A stretch of DNA of 64,000 nt from Candidatus Multivoradales bacterium (lineage in GTDB: Bacteria > Acidobacteriota > Thermoanaerobaculia > Multivoradales > J023): NCBI GenBank assembly GCA_965248925.1, contig CBDFLE010000006.1, positions 1 through 64,000 of the forward strand, read 5' to 3'. Below, piece after piece: positions 61,973 through 64,000 of this stretch (the stretch's first letter is position 1; the number at the start of each line of letters is the position of its first letter). The translations under genes and the position numbers were made by a program. The notes under the pieces are model-generated. The model worked only from the letters and a program-made list of their open reading frames with translations. It ran no database searches and was not told the DNA's origin.

Positions 61973-62851
61973 ATGAAGTTGTCGAACTGGATCGGGATTC
62001 TGTTGCTGGTGACCGGCGGCTGCTCAGAGCCCGCCCTGTCGACCAGTTTCATGCAGCAGGTCAACGAGCAGCGCATCGCCACCGGGCTGCCACCGCTGGC
62101 AGAACACCCCGCGCTGAGCAAAGCCGCCCAAAAGCAAGCCGATCGAGTAGCCCGCAGCGGCTCGCCGACCACTAGCCAAAGAGAACTTCAGCAGACCATG
62201 AAAGAGCTGCTGCGCAGCGGTTACGGCGCCCACACCTGGACTTCCAGCACCGTGATTGGACCGCGGCCGGAGAATCTGCTCAGTGCCTGGCGCAAGGTCA
62301 AGCCCGATTGGCTGGAAACTCTCCACAGCGGCGATTTTGAGCACTACGGCTTGGGCCGGTCCAGCTACCGTGGGCAACCGGTCCACAGCCTCTTCGTCGG
62401 CCGCACCCGGCACACCGTCGAATGGCGGCAGGCAGAGCCCTTGAGCGACTTGGTGGCGGTTCGCCACGCAGTGCTCGAAGCGGTCAATCGGGCACGAATC
62501 GCACGCCGCAGACAGCCTCTAACGGCCAACCTAGAGCTCGACCTCGCCGCCCAGCGCCATGCCGAGGACCAGCTGCGCCGCGGCTACTACGCGCATCAAA
62601 GTCCAGAGGGCGATACCGTCCGCGACCGGGCGATAGCCGCCGGTTATCGCGGTGCTCGAAGCTACGCTGAGAATATCGCCAAAGGCCTGTTCGACCCGGA
62701 AGAGGTTGTCCGGCGTTGGCTCGACAGCTCCGGCCATCGACGCAACATCTTGAGCCCCAAACTCACCGCGCTGGGTGTTGGCGTCGCCTTTGGCGACACT
62801 GACGAAGGCTTGCAAGTGCTGTGGGTGCAGGCCTTCGCCGGCCCCCGCTGA
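61973..62851 (+). CDS. Double CAP/SCP-domain lipoprotein
   Basis: TGGC lipobox-like; VN..R, AAQRHAED, ENIAKG, WLDSSGHRRNIL. Confidence 0.9.
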   Translation: MKLSNWIGILLLVTGGCSEPALSTSFMQQVNEQRIATGLPPLAEHPALSKAAQKQADRVARSGSPTTSQRELQQTMKELLRSGYGAHTWTSSTVIGPRPENLLSAWRKVKPDWLETLHSGDFEHYGLGRSSYRGQPVHSLFVGRTRHTVEWRQAEPLSDLVAVRHAVLEAVNRARIARRRQPLTANLELDLAAQRHAEDQLRRGYYAHQSPEGDTVRDRAIAAGYRGARSYAENIAKGLFDPEEVVRRWLDSSGHRRNILSPKLTALGVGVAFGDTDEGLQVLWVQAFAGPR

Positions 62852-62872
62852 GACGGAGCGCGCGGCGAGCCC

Positions 62873-63818
62873 TCAAGGTAGTTCGAGGCTCTCAGTCGAG
62901 CCTTCCTCCACCACGAGCCGGAACCCGCCAAATTCGGTTTCTACCCGGTAGGCGCCAGGCTGCAAACCCGCAATCAGCAAGGGCCGCTCGGCGAACAGCC
63001 GCAGGAGACAGCCCAGGCGGCGGCTCAGCGCGGTCAGCTCCCAACCATCCGCGGTGTAGATTCGCGGCCCCTCGCAAGCGGCGGTGCAAGTCAGCTCCAC
63101 AGCCCCGCTGGCTTGTAGCTCGAGGCGAATACCCGCCGCAGCCTGCTCGAGACCCAGCCAGCTACCGAACGCCCAGGTTCCATCCGACCAGGCAGCCACC
63201 CGCAGTCGCTCCGGGTAGGGTGGGTGCAGCGCTACCGCCACCCACCCTTGCCGATCCGAGGTCAGCTGGCGCAGCCCGCGACCGTCGCTTTCGAGAAAAA
63301 CAAAAGCCGCCGCTGAATTTACACCTGCCGCCGACACGACCTGGATCTCGAATGAGGACTGACGCTCGACCAGGACCAGCTGCACCAGCTCGCTAGCTCG
63401 ATCTGCCTCTAGCACCAGCTCGACAACCTCGCTAGAAGCCTTGCCGAGCTTCGCTTGCAATCGGACCGGGCCGGGCTGCAAGCCGAGCAAAGAAAAAGTC
63501 CTTCAGGACCGCTGATCGCAAACGCCCGTTGATCGAGGGAGCGGACATGGGCGCGGCTCACCGCCCGGCCCTCACCGTCGAGCACCTGGCCGCGAATCGC
63601 TTGGCCAGCGAAACCTAGGCTGGCTTCCTGATCCGGCTGCTCACTCAGTTGAACGGCGATCTGCGCCCCCCCGGGCCCACTGCCATCGGCGCTCCACACC
63701 ACCCGCCACTGGCCGGCGCCCAACTCTTGAGTTTGAAAATAGCCACTGCGATCGACCGCCACCCGAACATCCGGCCGCCCACCCCAGAGCACCTTGCTGG
63801 TCTCCAGATGGCCGGATC
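62873..63818 (-). pseudogene. Carboxypeptidase-regulatory-like protein, 5'-truncated, frameshift near 63490
   Basis: IRGQVLDGEGRAV, GLQPG repeats over two frames; abuts an IS3 fragment. Confidence 0.7.
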
Positions 63819-63959
63819 GGCGCCGACGAGAGCTTCAACGGGAAGTTGCGAGACGAATGCCTGAACCTGGAATGGTTCCGAAGCCGAGAGGAGGCGAAGG
63901 TGGTCATCGAGAGCTGGCGACGTCACTTCAACCAAGTGCGGCCACCTTCGAGCCTCGAC
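63819..63959 (+). mobile_element. IS3-family transposase C-terminal fragment
   Basis: Translates GADESFNGKLRDECLNLEWFRSREEAKVVIESWRRHFNQVRP. Confidence 0.8.
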
Positions 63960-64000
63960 TGTTGTCTCTGAATCCAAGCTCATTCTGAAACCGATTTCCG

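Noticed and set aside
1-64000. CRISPR array, rRNA or tRNA genes
   Set aside because: No regularly spaced repeats, cas genes or recognisable RNA genes seen by eye; a covariance-model scan was not possible
63960-64000. TGTTG... as the end of another IS
   Set aside because: Plausible since it cuts the IS3 fragment, but only 41 bp are visible with no partner repeat

Overview
GC-rich bacterial DNA that looks like Acidobacteriota (Thermoanaerobaculia-like: two duplicated orphan ABC permeases, an ECF/Ser-Thr kinase pair, carboxypeptidase-regulatory-like proteins; taxonomy inferred). The backbone encodes Kef K+ efflux, a flavoprotein-polyferredoxin, ABC transport, an SLC13 permease, a di-heme protein, ankyrin/LRR/WD40 proteins, Na/Pi transport with PhoU, and two kinase/sigma modules. 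Main structure: a ~21.7 kb, visibly more AT-rich, integrase-free island (18659-40372) inside a vapBC toxin-antitoxin operon, bounded by 420-bp direct repeats with CTCGATCG at both junctions. It carries a cNMP-PP2C phosphatase, a wHTH-ParA/His kinase/receiver/pentapeptide operon, and a small secreted peptide/secreted protein/WD40 receptor adenylate cyclase/WD40 lipoprotein operon. The pentapeptide gene is split by three IS elements (a four-gene IS21 inside an IS1182, plus an IS701). An IS3 is inserted into a copy of itself at the left end. Two small genes flanking an ECF-kinase pair share the upstream motif GATGATCA-N16-ACGAG. No rRNA, tRNA or CRISPR array was seen. Several frameshifts may be sequencing errors. 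All family assignments come from motif recognition by eye, not database searches.
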